This document shows, in pieces, positions 25,498 to 36,259 of a DNA stretch of 40,286 nt (the first letter of the stretch is position 1; each line of letters starts with the position of its first letter). Source of the stretch: a virus (lineage: Duplodnaviria; Heunggongvirae; Uroviricota; Caudoviricetes); the IMG/VR virus record IMGVR_UViG_2541047822_000001, positions 1 to 40,286 of that record. One strand, 5' to 3'. The position numbers and the translations under genes were made by a program. The notes under the pieces were generated by a model, which saw nothing but the letters and a program-made list of their open reading frames with translations, did not search any database and was not told the DNA's origin.

Positions 25498-26977
25498 CAC
25501 CATTCCGTCGAATACGCTGGTTCCGTTGTTTTATGCGGAAATGGATAACCAGGCGGCGAATACTGCACAGGACAGCGGAGCATCGCTGCTGATTGGTCAT
25601 GTCAATAACGGTGCAGAGATTGTTGCCAACAGTCTGGTACTGATGCCGTCGGCAGACTATGCACGCCAGATTTGTGGTGCGGGAAGTCAGCTGGCGCGTA
25701 TGGTCGAGGCTTATCGCCAGACTGACCCGTTTGGCGAGCTGTATGTGATTGCCGTTCCTGAATCCACAGGCGCGGCGGCAACAGTTACGCTGACGGTGAC
25801 CGGGGCAGCAACCGAAACCGGCACGGTGAATGTTTATGTGGGACGTACCCGCGTGCAGGCACCGGTGACCAACGGCGATAACGTCGCGACGATTGCCAGC
25901 AGTATCAAAGATGCCATCAATGCCGTTCCGGCCCTGCCGTTTACGGCCTCATCTTCGGCTGGTGTGGTTACATTGACCGCTCGCCATAAGGGGCTTTGCG
26001 GGAATGAAATTCCTGTCAGCCTCAATTACTACGGCTTTGGTGGGGGCGAAGTGCTGCCAGCGGGCGTACAGATTGCCGTGGCGACGGGTACCGCCGGAAC
26101 GGGTGCTCCGGTTCTCACCGGCGCGGTGGCTGCAATGGCGGATGAGCCGTTTGATTATATCGGCCTGCCGTTCAACGACACGGCCTCCGTTAACACGCTG
26201 GTGACCGAGATGAACGATACCAGCGGTCGCTGGAGCTATGCGCGTCAGCTGTATGGTCATGTGTATACGGCAAAGATCGGCACGCTGTCAGAACTGGTGA
26301 CCGCAGGTGACCAGTTTAACCAGCAGCACATTACCCTGGCGGGGTACGAAAAAGAGACCCAGACGCCTGCCGACGAGCTGGCGGCAAGCCGTACCGCCCG
26401 CGCAGCGGTGTTTATCCGCAACGATCCGGCACGTCCCACGCAGACCGGTGAGCTGGTGGGTATGCTGCCTGCGCCGAAGGGGAAACGGTTCACGATGACC
26501 GAACAACAGACCCTGCTGTCTCATGGCGTGGCAACGGCGTATGTCGAAAGCGGGGTACTGCGCATTCAGCGTGATGTCACCACGTACAGGAAAAACGCTT
26601 ACGGGGTTGCGGATAACAGCTACCTCGACAGCGAGACGCTGCATACCAGTGCGTATGTACTGCGCAAACTGAAATCCGTCATTACCAGTAAGTACGGGCG
26701 TCACAAGCTTGCCAGCGACGGTACCCGCTTTGGTCCCGGTCAGGCGATTGTCACCCCGGCGGTGATCAAAGGGGAACTGCTGGCAACCTACCGTCAGCTT
26801 GAGCGTGCGGGGATCGTGGAAAACTACGAACTTTTTAAGCAGTACCTGGTTGTGGAGCGTGATGCCAGCGATCCGAACCGCCTGAACACGCTGTTCCCGC
26901 CTGACTATGTTAACCAGTTGCGTGTCTTTGCCGTGGTTAACCAGTTCCGTCTTCAGTATTCAGAGGAGTCCGCATAA
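25481..26977 (+). CDS. tail sheath protein (Mu gpL-like)
   Basis: 498 aa, immediately followed by the tube gene; overall Mu-like sheath-type sequence. Confidence 0.85.
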   Translation: MTISFNTIPSNTLVPLFYAEMDNQAANTAQDSGASLLIGHVNNGAEIVANSLVLMPSADYARQICGAGSQLARMVEAYRQTDPFGELYVIAVPESTGAAATVTLTVTGAATETGTVNVYVGRTRVQAPVTNGDNVATIASSIKDAINAVPALPFTASSSAGVVTLTARHKGLCGNEIPVSLNYYGFGGGEVLPAGVQIAVATGTAGTGAPVLTGAVAAMADEPFDYIGLPFNDTASVNTLVTEMNDTSGRWSYARQLYGHVYTAKIGTLSELVTAGDQFNQQHITLAGYEKETQTPADELAASRTARAAVFIRNDPARPTQTGELVGMLPAPKGKRFTMTEQQTLLSHGVATAYVESGVLRIQRDVTTYRKNAYGVADNSYLDSETLHTSAYVLRKLKSVITSKYGRHKLASDGTRFGPGQAIVTPAVIKGELLATYRQLERAGIVENYELFKQYLVVERDASDPNRLNTLFPPDYVNQLRVFAVVNQFRLQYSEESA

Positions 26978-27333
26978 TGGCCCGTATCGGGGGAACCTGT
27001 TATTTCAAAATTGACGGTCAGCAGCTATCGCTGACCGGCGGCATTGAGGTGCCCATGAACAGGACGGTCAATGATGACATCATCGGCCTGGACGGTTCAG
27101 TGGACCGCAAGGAAACTCACCGTGCGCCTTATGTTAAAGGGACCTTCAAGGTGCCGAAGAATTTTCCGGTGAGCAAAATCACCTCGTCTGATGAGATGAC
27201 CATCACAGCCGAGCTGGCGAACGGTCAGGTCTATGTACTGTCGTCTGCCTGGCTGCACGGCGAAGCAAACCATAATGCCGAAGAAGGGACGGTTGATCTT
27301 GAGTTCCACGGTGAAGAAGGGGATTACCAGTAA
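26977..27333 (+). CDS. tail tube protein (Mu gpM-like)
   Basis: 118 aa, ATGA-coupled to the sheath gene; standard sheath-tube-chaperone-tape measure order. Confidence 0.8.
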   Translation: MARIGGTCYFKIDGQQLSLTGGIEVPMNRTVNDDIIGLDGSVDRKETHRAPYVKGTFKVPKNFPVSKITSSDEMTITAELANGQVYVLSSAWLHGEANHNAEEGTVDLEFHGEEGDYQ

Positions 27334-27602
27334 TGAAAGAGCTTGAGTTAAAGAAACCGATTACCGCTCATGGCGAGACACTCTCCGTACTGGAGTTTGA
27401 TGAGCCCACCGGGAAAGATGTCCGCGAGCTGGGGTATCCCTACCAGATGAATCAGGATGAGTCCGTCAGACTTCTGGCGCATGTGGTATCGAAATACATT
27501 GTGCGGCTGGCGAAAGTGCCGCAAAGCTCTGTCGACCAGATGTCTCCGGCAGACCTGAATGCAGCGGCGTGGCTTGTGGCTGGTTTTTTCCTCCAGGCCT
27601 GA
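27333..27602 (+). CDS. tail assembly chaperone (short form)
   Basis: 89-aa ORF directly upstream of the tape measure gene, ending in a T-rich slippery tract. Confidence 0.75.
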   Translation: MKELELKKPITAHGETLSVLEFDEPTGKDVRELGYPYQMNQDESVRLLAHVVSKYIVRLAKVPQSSVDQMSPADLNAAAWLVAGFFLQA

Positions 27603-27751
27603 CGGCTGAATACCTCACTGATCGCTTCTTTGACTGCGCCAGTTACTGGCGCATTAATCCTTTCGAATTGCTGAATATGCCGATCAGTGAAATTCCCTTA
27701 CTGGTCAGTCAGGCAAACAGGATAGAGCAGGAGAAACGCACACATGGCTGA
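27333..27751 (+). CDS. tail assembly chaperone, long form via programmed -1 frameshift
   Basis: Canonical X_XXY_YYZ heptamer T_TTT_TTC at 27584..27590 in the zero frame, 4 codons before the stop; a -1 slip joins frame 27569..27751 (...FFPPGLTAEYLTDRFFDC...), which ends 8 nt into the tape measure gene. Analogous to lambda G/GT. Confidence 0.55.
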
Positions 27752-29579
27752 ATTTGAGCTTAAGGCGTTGATCACCGGTGTCGACAGGCTTTCTCCCGCG
27801 CTGTCGAAAATGCAAAAGAAAATCCGGGGATTTAAACGCCAGGCGGAAGAAGCGTCACAGGGTGGGCTGGCGCTTGGTGGCGGACTGGCAGCGGGTCTGA
27901 CGCTTTCCCTGAAATCTTATGCCGATCAGGAAAACGCCGCCACCGGGCTGAAAGTCGCTATGATGGATGCGAACGGCGAGATTGGAAAGCGCTTTCAGGA
28001 CATCAATAAACTGGCTATTGGCCTGGGTAACCAGCTACCCGGTACAACGGCTGATTTCCAGAACATGATGCAGATGCTGGTGCGTCAGGGGATCCCGGCA
28101 GAAAACATTCTGAGTGGTGTGGGTAAAGCGACAGCTTATCTTGCGGTACAACTGAAAAAAACACCGGAAGCGGCTGCTGAGTTTGCTGCAAAGATGCAGG
28201 ATGCTACCGGAACGGCGTCAGAAGACATGATGGGGCTGTTCGACACTATCCAGAAGGCGTTTTATCTGGGCGTGGACGATACCAACATGTTGTCCTTCTT
28301 CACTAAAACCAGCTCTGTTCTGAAGATGGTGAACAAGGACGGTCTTCAGGCTGCACAGAGCCTTGCCCCCATCAGCGTCATGATGGATCAGATGGGGATG
28401 AACGGGGAGTCGGCAGGTAACGCCCTGCGAAAAGTTATCCAGTCCGGATTAAGCGTTAAGAAAATCAGGGACGTCAATAAAATCATGGCCCGCCAGAAAC
28501 TCGGGGTACAGCTCGATTTTACTGACGGCAAAGGGAGTTTTGGCGGTCTTGATAACATGTTCAGGCAACTGGCAAAGCTGCGAAAACTGACCGACGTTAA
28601 ACGAACTGGTGTACTTAAGGCAATATTTGGTGATGATGCCGAAACCCTTCAGGTGGTCAATGCACTAATCGATAAAGGAAAGGATGGCTACGATCAGATC
28701 CAGCAGAAGATGAATAAACAGGCCAGCCTGAATAAACGTGTTCAGGCACAGCTTGGTACGCTGTCCAACCTGTGGGAGGCAATGACAGGGACCGCAACTA
28801 ACGGCCTTGCGGCTATTGGCGGCGCATTTTCTGGTGACGCTAAAAATATCACGCAATGGCTGGGGGAGTTGGGGGAGAAATTCACGAAGTTTGCGGATGA
28901 AAATCCCCGGGTTATTCGCGGCGTCGTCGGGCTTGCTGCTGGTCTTGCGATTCTGAAACTGGGATTGATGGGCGTTGGCGGTGCCATCAGTATTGTCAGC
29001 AGGATCATGTCGATGACACCGATTGGCATGATTGCGACGGCGATAGCCCTGGCTGCGGGATTAATTATCACTAACTGGGATGTTGTCGGACCTTATTTTA
29101 AGAAACTCTGGGAAACCATTGGTCCTTATTTTGAGGCTGGCTGGGAACTCCTTAAGAAAGTTTTTGCCTGGTCGCCGCTGGGGATGGTGATCAATAACTG
29201 GGGGCCGGTTGTTAAGTGGTTTCAGGATATGTGGGACAAGCTGAAGCCAATTATTGAGTGGTTTACCGACAGTTCCGGTGACACGGTCGATGCCATTAAC
29301 TCTGCGCAGTGGGGCGCGGGTGCTTATGATGCTTATGGGACGGGAATACCGGCGCGGGGATACACACCTTATCCGGCGGTAGATCCGGCTCAGTCAAACA
29401 ACGCCTCCGGTGCCACAGGCCCGAATCCCTTCATGATTAACAAAGCTTCTGCGCCAAAAGTTGATGGTGAGATCAAGGTCTCTTTTATGAATTCGCCTCC
29501 GGGTATGCGGGTTATGGAAACGCGATCCAGCGGTTTTGATGTCAGCCATGATGTTGGCTATACGCGCTTTGGCAGGTAA
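27744..29579 (+). CDS. tail tape measure protein
   Basis: 611 aa, helical N-terminal half, Gly/Ala-rich transmembrane-like central segment, position after the chaperone pair. Confidence 0.85.
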   Translation: MAEFELKALITGVDRLSPALSKMQKKIRGFKRQAEEASQGGLALGGGLAAGLTLSLKSYADQENAATGLKVAMMDANGEIGKRFQDINKLAIGLGNQLPGTTADFQNMMQMLVRQGIPAENILSGVGKATAYLAVQLKKTPEAAAEFAAKMQDATGTASEDMMGLFDTIQKAFYLGVDDTNMLSFFTKTSSVLKMVNKDGLQAAQSLAPISVMMDQMGMNGESAGNALRKVIQSGLSVKKIRDVNKIMARQKLGVQLDFTDGKGSFGGLDNMFRQLAKLRKLTDVKRTGVLKAIFGDDAETLQVVNALIDKGKDGYDQIQQKMNKQASLNKRVQAQLGTLSNLWEAMTGTATNGLAAIGGAFSGDAKNITQWLGELGEKFTKFADENPRVIRGVVGLAAGLAILKLGLMGVGGAISIVSRIMSMTPIGMIATAIALAAGLIITNWDVVGPYFKKLWETIGPYFEAGWELLKKVFAWSPLGMVINNWGPVVKWFQDMWDKLKPIIEWFTDSSGDTVDAINSAQWGAGAYDAYGTGIPARGYTPYPAVDPAQSNNASGATGPNPFMINKASAPKVDGEIKVSFMNSPPGMRVMETRSSGFDVSHDVGYTRFGR

Positions 29580-29639
29580 TGAAAAATTAATCTGTTAATG
29601 AGTCCCACTCCGGTGGGATTTTTTATGTACGGAGTTTAT

Positions 29640-30968
29640 ATGACGTGGAAAGACAGACTTCAGGACGCGTCATTTCGCGGTGTGCCGTTTAAGGTTGAAG
29701 AAGAAAGTGCGGGAACCGGTCGTCGTGTGGAAACGCACGAATACCCGAACCGCGACAAACCCTATACCGAAGACCTGGGGAAAATCACTTTCCGCCCGTC
29801 CATCACAGCTTATGTGGTGGGAGATGACTGCTTTGACCAGCGCGATCGCCTGATTGACGCGCTGAATAAACCCGGTCCCGGCACGCTTGTCCATCCGACT
29901 TACGGTGAGCTGAAAGTCTGTGTTGACGGGGAAGTTCGGGTCAGCACATCGAAGAGTGAAGGGCGTATTGTCCGCTTTGACCTGAAGTTTGTCGAAGCGG
30001 GAGAACTCTCTTACCCCACTTCAGGTGCGGCGACGGCGCAGACGCTGATGTCATCCTGTTCTGCACTGGATGACTGCATCAGTGACAGCTTCAGTGGTTT
30101 CAGTATCGATGGCGTGGCAGATTTTGTGCAGAACGACGTCGTCGGTAATGTCAGCACAATGCTTGGGTATGTTTCTGATGCGATGAAAGTGGTGGATTCT
30201 GCCGTATCGGATGCCGCCAGGCTGTTGCAGGGGGATATCTCGGTACTTCTGCCGCCGCCATCGTCAGGCAAAAATTTCGTTGAGCAGGTGCAGAAAATGT
30301 GGCGTACCGGGAAACGCCTTTATGGTAACGCCAGCGACCTGGTCACCATGATCAAAACGCTTTCCGGTGTCAGCCTCGGCAGCGATCTGCAACCGCGCGG
30401 CGTCTGGAAAACGGACAGTAAAACCAACGCCACGGCGACGCAGCAGCGTAACGTGGTTGCCAGCACCCTTCGTACGACCGCAATCAGCGAAGCGGCGTAT
30501 GCCGTCACACGATTGCCTGCGCCCACAACTTCCGCGGTGATGCAGAATGCCACAATGGGGCAGTCAACAACACCCGCGCAGAGCACCGGCTGGCCTTCTG
30601 TCACGCATCCGGCACTGAACAATGCACCGGCGGTGAAAAACACGGTTGACCTGCCAACGTGGGAAGAACTGACCGACATTCGCGACACACTGAATACGGC
30701 AATTGATAAGGAGTTGTCCCGTACAACCAGTGATGCGCTGTTTCTGGCGCTGCGCCGGGTGAAAGCAGATCTGAATGCGGATATCAACACGCGCCTTGAA
30801 CAGTCTGCACGGATCATTCAGCGCACGCCGGATGAGGTTTTACCCGCGCTGGTGCTGGCGGCGACCTTGTTTGATAACGCGGCGCGTGACGCGGACATTA
30901 TCCGGCGTAATGCCATTACGCATCCCGGCTTTGTGCCGGTGATCCCTCTGAAGGTGCCAGTGCAATGA
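29640..30968 (+). CDS. Mu N-like DNA circularisation / tail protein
   Basis: ATG at 29640 (GGAG Shine-Dalgarno) gives MTWKDRLQDASFRGVPFKVEEE..., as in Mu gpN-like proteins. Confidence 0.8.
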   Translation: MTWKDRLQDASFRGVPFKVEEESAGTGRRVETHEYPNRDKPYTEDLGKITFRPSITAYVVGDDCFDQRDRLIDALNKPGPGTLVHPTYGELKVCVDGEVRVSTSKSEGRIVRFDLKFVEAGELSYPTSGAATAQTLMSSCSALDDCISDSFSGFSIDGVADFVQNDVVGNVSTMLGYVSDAMKVVDSAVSDAARLLQGDISVLLPPPSSGKNFVEQVQKMWRTGKRLYGNASDLVTMIKTLSGVSLGSDLQPRGVWKTDSKTNATATQQRNVVASTLRTTAISEAAYAVTRLPAPTTSAVMQNATMGQSTTPAQSTGWPSVTHPALNNAPAVKNTVDLPTWEELTDIRDTLNTAIDKELSRTTSDALFLALRRVKADLNADINTRLEQSARIIQRTPDEVLPALVLAATLFDNAARDADIIRRNAITHPGFVPVIPLKVPVQ

Positions 30969-32050
30969 ACGACAATGTCACGCTACGGGTAAATGGCCGG
31001 GAGTGGAATGGCTGGACATCGGTGCGCATCGGTGCCGGTGTTGAACGACTGGCGCGGGATTTCAGTGTGGAGATCACCCGCCAGTGGCCGGGAGATGAGG
31101 GTATTACCACGCTTCAGTCGCGCATTAAAAACGGTTCAAAAGTGGAGGTGCTGATTGGTGATGAGCTGGTGATCACCGGCTGGGTGGAGGCGACGCCCGT
31201 TCGTTACGATGCCCGTTCGGTCAGCACCGGTATTGCCGGACGTAGTCTGACGGCTGACCTGATTGACTGTGCAGCCGAACCGACACAGTTTAACGGACGC
31301 TCGCTGGTGCAGATTGCGCAGGCGCTTGCTGCGCCTTTCGGCATTGAGGTGGTGAACAGCGGTGCGCCGTCGGGTGTTATTCCTGATGTTCAGCCTGATC
31401 ACGGTGAAACGGTGATTGAGGTAATCAACAAAATACTCGGTCAGCAGCAGGCACTGGCTTACGACGACCCGCACGGCAGGCTGGTGATTGGCGGTATTGG
31501 CTCAACGCGGGCACATACTGCGCTGGTACTCGGGGAAAACATCCTTTCCTGTGATACGGAGAAGAGTATCCGGGAGCGGTTTTCTGTTTACCAGGTGGCG
31601 GGGCAGCGTGCCGGAAACGACGATGATTTCGGTGAGGCCACCACCACCGCGCTGCGGGCCCGCACAGAGGACGCATTTATTGCCCGTTACCGTCCGATGT
31701 ATATCAGGCAGACAGGGCAGGCTACGGGGGCAGGCTGTATTGCCCGTGCGGACTTTGAAGCCAGACAACGGGCGGCGCGGACGGATGAAACCACCTATGT
31801 GGTGCAGGGCTGGCGACAGGGTAACGGTACGCTGTGGCAGCCCAACCAGCGGGTGATTGTCTTTGATCCGGTCTGTGGTTTCGACAATACCGAACTGCTT
31901 GTTTCGGAAGTCACGTTTACTCAGGACCAGAACGGCACCCTGACGGAAATCCGTGTCGGCCCACCTGATGCTTATCTGCCTGAACCCGAAGCCCCCGGCG
32001 CGCGAAAAAAGCCAGAGTACAGGAGGACCCGTTCTGATGAGGACGATTGA
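30965..32050 (+). CDS. Mu P-like tail/baseplate hub protein
   Basis: 361 aa, coupled to the upstream gene, in the Mu gpP position. Confidence 0.75.
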   Translation: MNDNVTLRVNGREWNGWTSVRIGAGVERLARDFSVEITRQWPGDEGITTLQSRIKNGSKVEVLIGDELVITGWVEATPVRYDARSVSTGIAGRSLTADLIDCAAEPTQFNGRSLVQIAQALAAPFGIEVVNSGAPSGVIPDVQPDHGETVIEVINKILGQQQALAYDDPHGRLVIGGIGSTRAHTALVLGENILSCDTEKSIRERFSVYQVAGQRAGNDDDFGEATTTALRARTEDAFIARYRPMYIRQTGQATGAGCIARADFEARQRAARTDETTYVVQGWRQGNGTLWQPNQRVIVFDPVCGFDNTELLVSEVTFTQDQNGTLTEIRVGPPDAYLPEPEAPGARKKPEYRRTRSDEDD

Positions 32051-32585
32051 AGCCATGCAGCGACAACTCCTCGGCCTGATTGGGCGGGCCGTGGTGAAAA
32101 GCATCAGTGCCGCCACGAAATGTCAGACCGTGGATGTGTCCCTGATTGCCGGTGAACCCAAAGCCGGGGTTGAACATCTTGAACCCTACGGTTTTACCGC
32201 AAGGGCAAACAGCGGTGCGGAAGCGGTGGTGTTGTTTCCGGATGGCGACCGTTCTCATGCGGTGGTTGTTACGGTGTCGGACCGTCGCTACCGCCTGAAA
32301 GGGCTGCAGACGGGTGAGGTGGCTGTCTATGACGATCAGGGGCAGTCCGTGACGCTGACCCGGGAGGGGATCGTGGTGGACGGTGCAGGTAAAACGATCA
32401 CGTTTCGCAATGCACCTGAAGCACGTTTTGAAATGGACCTGGAAGTGACCGGACAGGTGAAAGACCTGTGCGACTCCGGCGGCACCACCATGTCAGCGAT
32501 GCGGCTTGCCTATAACGGGCATCGTCACAGAGAGAACGGTCAGGGCAGTAACACCGACAAACCGGATAAAGCGATGGAGGCATGA
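32037..32585 (+). CDS. baseplate assembly protein V-like (Mu gp45-like)
   Basis: ATG at 32037 with AGGAGG Shine-Dalgarno (track ORF begins earlier at 31953). Confidence 0.75.
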   Translation: MRTIEAMQRQLLGLIGRAVVKSISAATKCQTVDVSLIAGEPKAGVEHLEPYGFTARANSGAEAVVLFPDGDRSHAVVVTVSDRRYRLKGLQTGEVAVYDDQGQSVTLTREGIVVDGAGKTITFRNAPEARFEMDLEVTGQVKDLCDSGGTTMSAMRLAYNGHRHRENGQGSNTDKPDKAMEA

Positions 32586-33010
32586 TGGAACTGTGGCTGA
32601 CGGTGAACGGTAAACGCACCTGCGCCAGCGCACCGCTGGATCCGCTGACCCGCGCCGTGGTGATTTCCCTGTTTACCTGGCGGCGGGCGGAGCCTGATGA
32701 CAACGCCGACGTCCCGATGGGATGGTGGGGGGATACCTGGCCTGCGGTACAGAATGACCGTTACGGCTCCCGACTGTGGCTGCTTCAGCGCAGCAAACTG
32801 ACCAATCAGCTGGTGCAGACAGTAAGGGGGTATATCCGCGAATGCCTGCAATGGATGATTGATGACGGCGTGGTGTCCCGTATTGATCTGGATATCCGCC
32901 GCACCGGGATTAATGAGCTGGGTAACAGTATCACCCTCTGGCGTCGTGACGGACCGGTAATGATTTCTTTTGATGATCTGTGGAGTGCGATAACGCATGG
33001 CGGACAGTGA
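32582..33010 (+). CDS. baseplate protein W-like (Mu gp46-like)
   Basis: 142 aa, ATGA-coupled; position between the V-like and J-like baseplate genes. Confidence 0.7.
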   Translation: MMELWLTVNGKRTCASAPLDPLTRAVVISLFTWRRAEPDDNADVPMGWWGDTWPAVQNDRYGSRLWLLQRSKLTNQLVQTVRGYIRECLQWMIDDGVVSRIDLDIRRTGINELGNSITLWRRDGPVMISFDDLWSAITHGGQ

Positions 33011-34055
33011 ATTTCAGCGCCCGACGCTGGCAGAAAATATCAGTATGCTCCGTAACGATTTATTCGCCAGGCTGGACGTCAGCGACACGCTCCGGCGCAT
33101 GGATGAAGACGTGCGGGCAAAGGTGTATGCGGCGGCGCTGCATACGGTTTACGGTTACATCGATTATCTGGCAATGAACATGCTGCCTGACCTGTGCGAT
33201 GAGTCCTGGCTGGCGCGACATGCTGCGATGAAACGGTGTCCGCGCAAGGGGGCCACGGCTGCCAGCGGGTATATGCGCTGGGAAGGTGTCAGCGATGGCC
33301 TGAAGGTGACCGCCGGGAGCGTGATTCAGCGCGATGACCTGGTTCAGTACACGGCAACTGCTGATGCAACCAGCTCCGGTGGTGTCCTGCGCGTGCCGAT
33401 CGCCTGCTCAAGTGCAGGCGCGGTCGGTAACGCTGACGACGGTACGGCATTAATCCTGGTCACGCCGGTGAATGGTCTGCCGTCTTCCGGTGTTGCAGAT
33501 ACCCTGACTGGCGGATTCGATACTGAAGATCTGGAAACGTGGCGCGCCCGCGTCATTGAGCGGTATTACTGGACGCCGCAGGGCGGGGCTGACGGGGACT
33601 ATGTCGTCTGGGCTAAAGAAGTGCCTGGCATTACCCGCGCATGGACATACCGACACTGGATGGGAACGGGGACTGTCGGTGTGATGATTGCCAGCAGTGA
33701 CCTGATTAATCCCATTCCGGAAGAATCAACGGAAACGGCGGCAAGACAATATATCGGGCCACTGGCCCCGGTGGCAGGCTCTGATTTGTATGTGTTCAGG
33801 CCGGTGGCACATACGGTGGATTTTCATATCCGTGTGACGCCGGACACACCGGAAATACGGGCTGCCATCACCGCGGAGTTGCGTTCGTTCCTGCTGCGTG
33901 ATGGTTATCCGCAGGGAGAACTGAAGGTGTCACGTATCAGTGAAGCGATTTCCGGTGCGAACGGGGAATACAGCCATCAGTTGCTTGCACCGGCGGACAA
34001 TATCACCATTGCGAAAAATGAACTGGCGGTTCTGGGGGCGATTTCATGGACGTGA
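32997..34055 (+). CDS. baseplate J-like protein (Mu gp47-like)
   Basis: 352 aa; conserved baseplate-J position and size. Confidence 0.8.
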   Translation: MADSEFQRPTLAENISMLRNDLFARLDVSDTLRRMDEDVRAKVYAAALHTVYGYIDYLAMNMLPDLCDESWLARHAAMKRCPRKGATAASGYMRWEGVSDGLKVTAGSVIQRDDLVQYTATADATSSGGVLRVPIACSSAGAVGNADDGTALILVTPVNGLPSSGVADTLTGGFDTEDLETWRARVIERYYWTPQGGADGDYVVWAKEVPGITRAWTYRHWMGTGTVGVMIASSDLINPIPEESTETAARQYIGPLAPVAGSDLYVFRPVAHTVDFHIRVTPDTPEIRAAITAELRSFLLRDGYPQGELKVSRISEAISGANGEYSHQLLAPADNITIAKNELAVLGAISWT

Positions 34056-34630
34056 CAAACGATGATTACATCCGTCTGTTGTCAGCACTGTTGCCGCCCG
34101 GTCCGGCGTGGTCAGCCAGCGATCCGGCGATTGCCGGTGCGGCACCGTCATTAACCCGTGTTCATCAGCGTGCGGATGCCCTGATGCAGGAGCTGGATCC
34201 GCGCACCACCACCGAACTGATAAACCGCTGGGAGCGTCTGTGCGGCCTGCCGGATGAATGTATTCCGGCAGGGACGCAGACCCTTCGCCAGCGTCAGCAA
34301 CGGCTGGATGCGAAGGTTAACCTGGCGGGCGGCATCAATGAGGATTTTTATCTTGCACAGCTTGCTGCCCTGGGCAGACCAGACGCCACCATCACGCGAT
34401 ACGACAAAAGCACGTTCACCTGCTCATCGGCCTGTACTGACGCGGTGAATGCGCCGGAATGGCGGTATTACTGGCAGGTCAACATGCCAGCCGCCACCAA
34501 CACCACCTGGATGACATGTGGCAATCCCTGTGATTCCGCGCTGCGCTTCTGGGGGGACACCGTTGTCGAGTGTGTTCTTAACAAACTCTGCCCGTCGCAT
34601 ACCTATGTGATTTTTAAATATCCGGAGTAA
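34046..34630 (+). CDS. tail protein (Mu gp48-like, DUF2313-like)
   Basis: 194 aa with Cys-rich C-terminus, directly upstream of the tail fibre gene. Confidence 0.7.
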   Translation: MDVTNDDYIRLLSALLPPGPAWSASDPAIAGAAPSLTRVHQRADALMQELDPRTTTELINRWERLCGLPDECIPAGTQTLRQRQQRLDAKVNLAGGINEDFYLAQLAALGRPDATITRYDKSTFTCSSACTDAVNAPEWRYYWQVNMPAATNTTWMTCGNPCDSALRFWGDTVVECVLNKLCPSHTYVIFKYPE

Positions 34631-34633
34631 TCC

Positions 34634-35242
34634 ATGCATCGTATAGACACGAAAACCGCGCAGAAGGATAAGTTCGGCGCGGGTAAGAACGGTTTTACCC
34701 GTGGTAACCCCCAGACCGGCACGCCTGCCACCGATCTGGATGATGACTACTTTGACATGTTGCAGGAGGAGCTTTGCAGCGTTGTGGAGGCATCCGGTGC
34801 CAGCCTGGAGAAGGGGCGGCACGACCAGTTGCTTACCGCGCTTCGTGCGCTGCTGTTAAGCCGCAAGAATCCGTTTGGTGATATCAAATCGGATGGCACG
34901 GTGAAAACGGCTCTCGAAAACCTTGGTTTGGGAGAAGCGGCAAAACGGAATGTGGGAACAGGGGAAAATCAGATACCTAGTATGTCAGAATGGACATCTG
35001 GGACAGGATGGAATAGAGACCCGTCGGGGAGAATAATACAGCGGGGATTTGCTATGACATCAAGTCAAACTAACATTTTATTCCCGATACCATTTCCGTA
35101 TGACGATTTCGAAGTTATCGTTTGTGCAGCAGATACAGGAGCAAATAAAGGGGCCGTAAATGTGTTGCGAAAATCGAGGCAGGGGTTTTCTGTTTCACAG
35201 GTTGGAAGTATGCCAGTCGCATACAGATGGATAGCGGGGTGA
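34634..35242 (+). CDS. tail fibre protein (constant N-terminus plus currently expressed variable C-terminus)
   Basis: Conserved N-terminus [47 protein letters not shown]...; composition turns AT-rich after the crossover site at ~34917..34937, marking the variable part. Confidence 0.8.
   Translation: MHRIDTKTAQKDKFGAGKNGFTRGNPQTGTPATDLDDDYFDMLQEELCSVVEASGASLEKGRHDQLLTALRALLLSRKNPFGDIKSDGTVKTALENLGLGEAAKRNVGTGENQIPSMSEWTSGTGWNRDPSGRIIQRGFAMTSSQTNILFPIPFPYDDFEVIVCAADTGANKGAVNVLRKSRQGFSVSQVGSMPVAYRWIAG
34917..34937. repeat. left crossover site of the invertible segment (gix/hix-like)
   Basis: GAAAACCTTGGTTTGGGAGAAG; the 15-mer TTGGTTTGGGAGAAG (34923..34937) recurs inverted at 36705..36719. Resembles remembered Hin/Gin sites with an AAACC..GGTTT core. 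Confidence 0.6.
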
Positions 35243-35247
35243 TTGAA

Positions 35248-35685
35248 ATGTATAAATTTGATCCAAAGAATGCATTATTCTATCCTGCTGCGTCAATTTC
35301 CGATTATAAATTGAGCGAAGATGAAATCGCCACATTCACTGATATTAGCGAGGAGGATGCAACCGAGTTTTTAGGATTCCCGCCGACTGGAAAAATCAGA
35401 GGGTCGGACGGTTATGGCAATCCTGCATGGGTTGAAATACCTCCACCATCACATGAGGAACTTATTGAACAGGCCGAATCAGAGAGGCAATTATTGATTA
35501 ACCATGCCAACGAATACATGAACAGTAAACAATGGCCTGGTAAAGCGGCTATTGGTCGTCTGAATGGTGAGGAACTGGCGCAATATAATTTGTGGCTGGA
35601 TTATCTGAACGCACTGGAACTGGTTGATACCTCCAGTCCGCCAGATATTGAATGGCCTACGCCTCCGGCAGTTCAGGCCAGATGA
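35248..35685 (+). CDS. tail fibre assembly protein (Tfa)
   Basis: ATG at 35248; C-terminal ...LWLDYLNALELVDTSSPPDIEWPTPP is the typical Tfa ending. Confidence 0.8.
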   Translation: MYKFDPKNALFYPAASISDYKLSEDEIATFTDISEEDATEFLGFPPTGKIRGSDGYGNPAWVEIPPPSHEELIEQAESERQLLINHANEYMNSKQWPGKAAIGRLNGEELAQYNLWLDYLNALELVDTSSPPDIEWPTPPAVQAR

Positions 35686-36259
35686 CATCCGGCGCGGTGC
35701 TGGTATCTGTTGCCGTCACCGCGTCAATGTAATCCAGCACAGCGTTAAGTCGGGTGGTTTCTGCCTGCGTCAGTTTACGTCCGGCCTGCAATTTCAGTTG
35801 AATCAGACTGATGGAAGCCATTGCAGTATCAATCAGCGACTGGCGCTGTGCTTCTGCTGCATCTACTGCGGCGCTATGCTGTGCCCCGGTATCCGTCACC
35901 CATTTCTCACCATCCCATTTATCATATGGCGTTAACGGGGCGATAGTGGTTGTATTTTCAGGGTAATCACCCGGAGCTGTGATTTCTTTCGATTCTCCTG
36001 TTTCGGTGCTATAGATGATTTCACCGCGATGGTCTGGCACATATTCCCATGAGTTAAAATCTGCAGAACGGCAGATTGCATAACCAGCTTTGTATGCGCC
36101 TGGATCATCTAAACAGGAACATGCCGGAATGCCGACACCCACAGCAAGATATTCAGTTGATGTGGAAATATATTCCCGCGTTTCACCATCATAGTTATAA
36201 ACCGTAATATTTCCTGCTTGGGTGGCGATAAATTCGTTATTTAATACAGCGTAATCCAT
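35657..36259 (-). CDS. alternative tail fibre assembly protein (inverted copy)
   Basis: Convergent with the first Tfa; C-terminal ...LNAVLDYIDAVTATDTSTAPDVIWPELPEA parallels the Tfa motif. Confidence 0.8.
   Translation of the reverse strand: MDYAVLNNEFIATQAGNITVYNYDGETREYISTSTEYLAVGVGIPACSCLDDPGAYKAGYAICRSADFNSWEYVPDHRGEIIYSTETGESKEITAPGDYPENTTTIAPLTPYDKWDGEKWVTDTGAQHSAAVDAAEAQRQSLIDTAMASISLIQLKLQAGRKLTQAETTRLNAVLDYIDAVTATDTSTAPDVIWPELPEA

Noticed and set aside
29601-29625. Terminator after the tape measure gene (CCCAC...GTGGG plus T-run)
   Set aside because: Stem is only ~5 bp and lies within the ribosome-binding region of the next gene; too weak to call.
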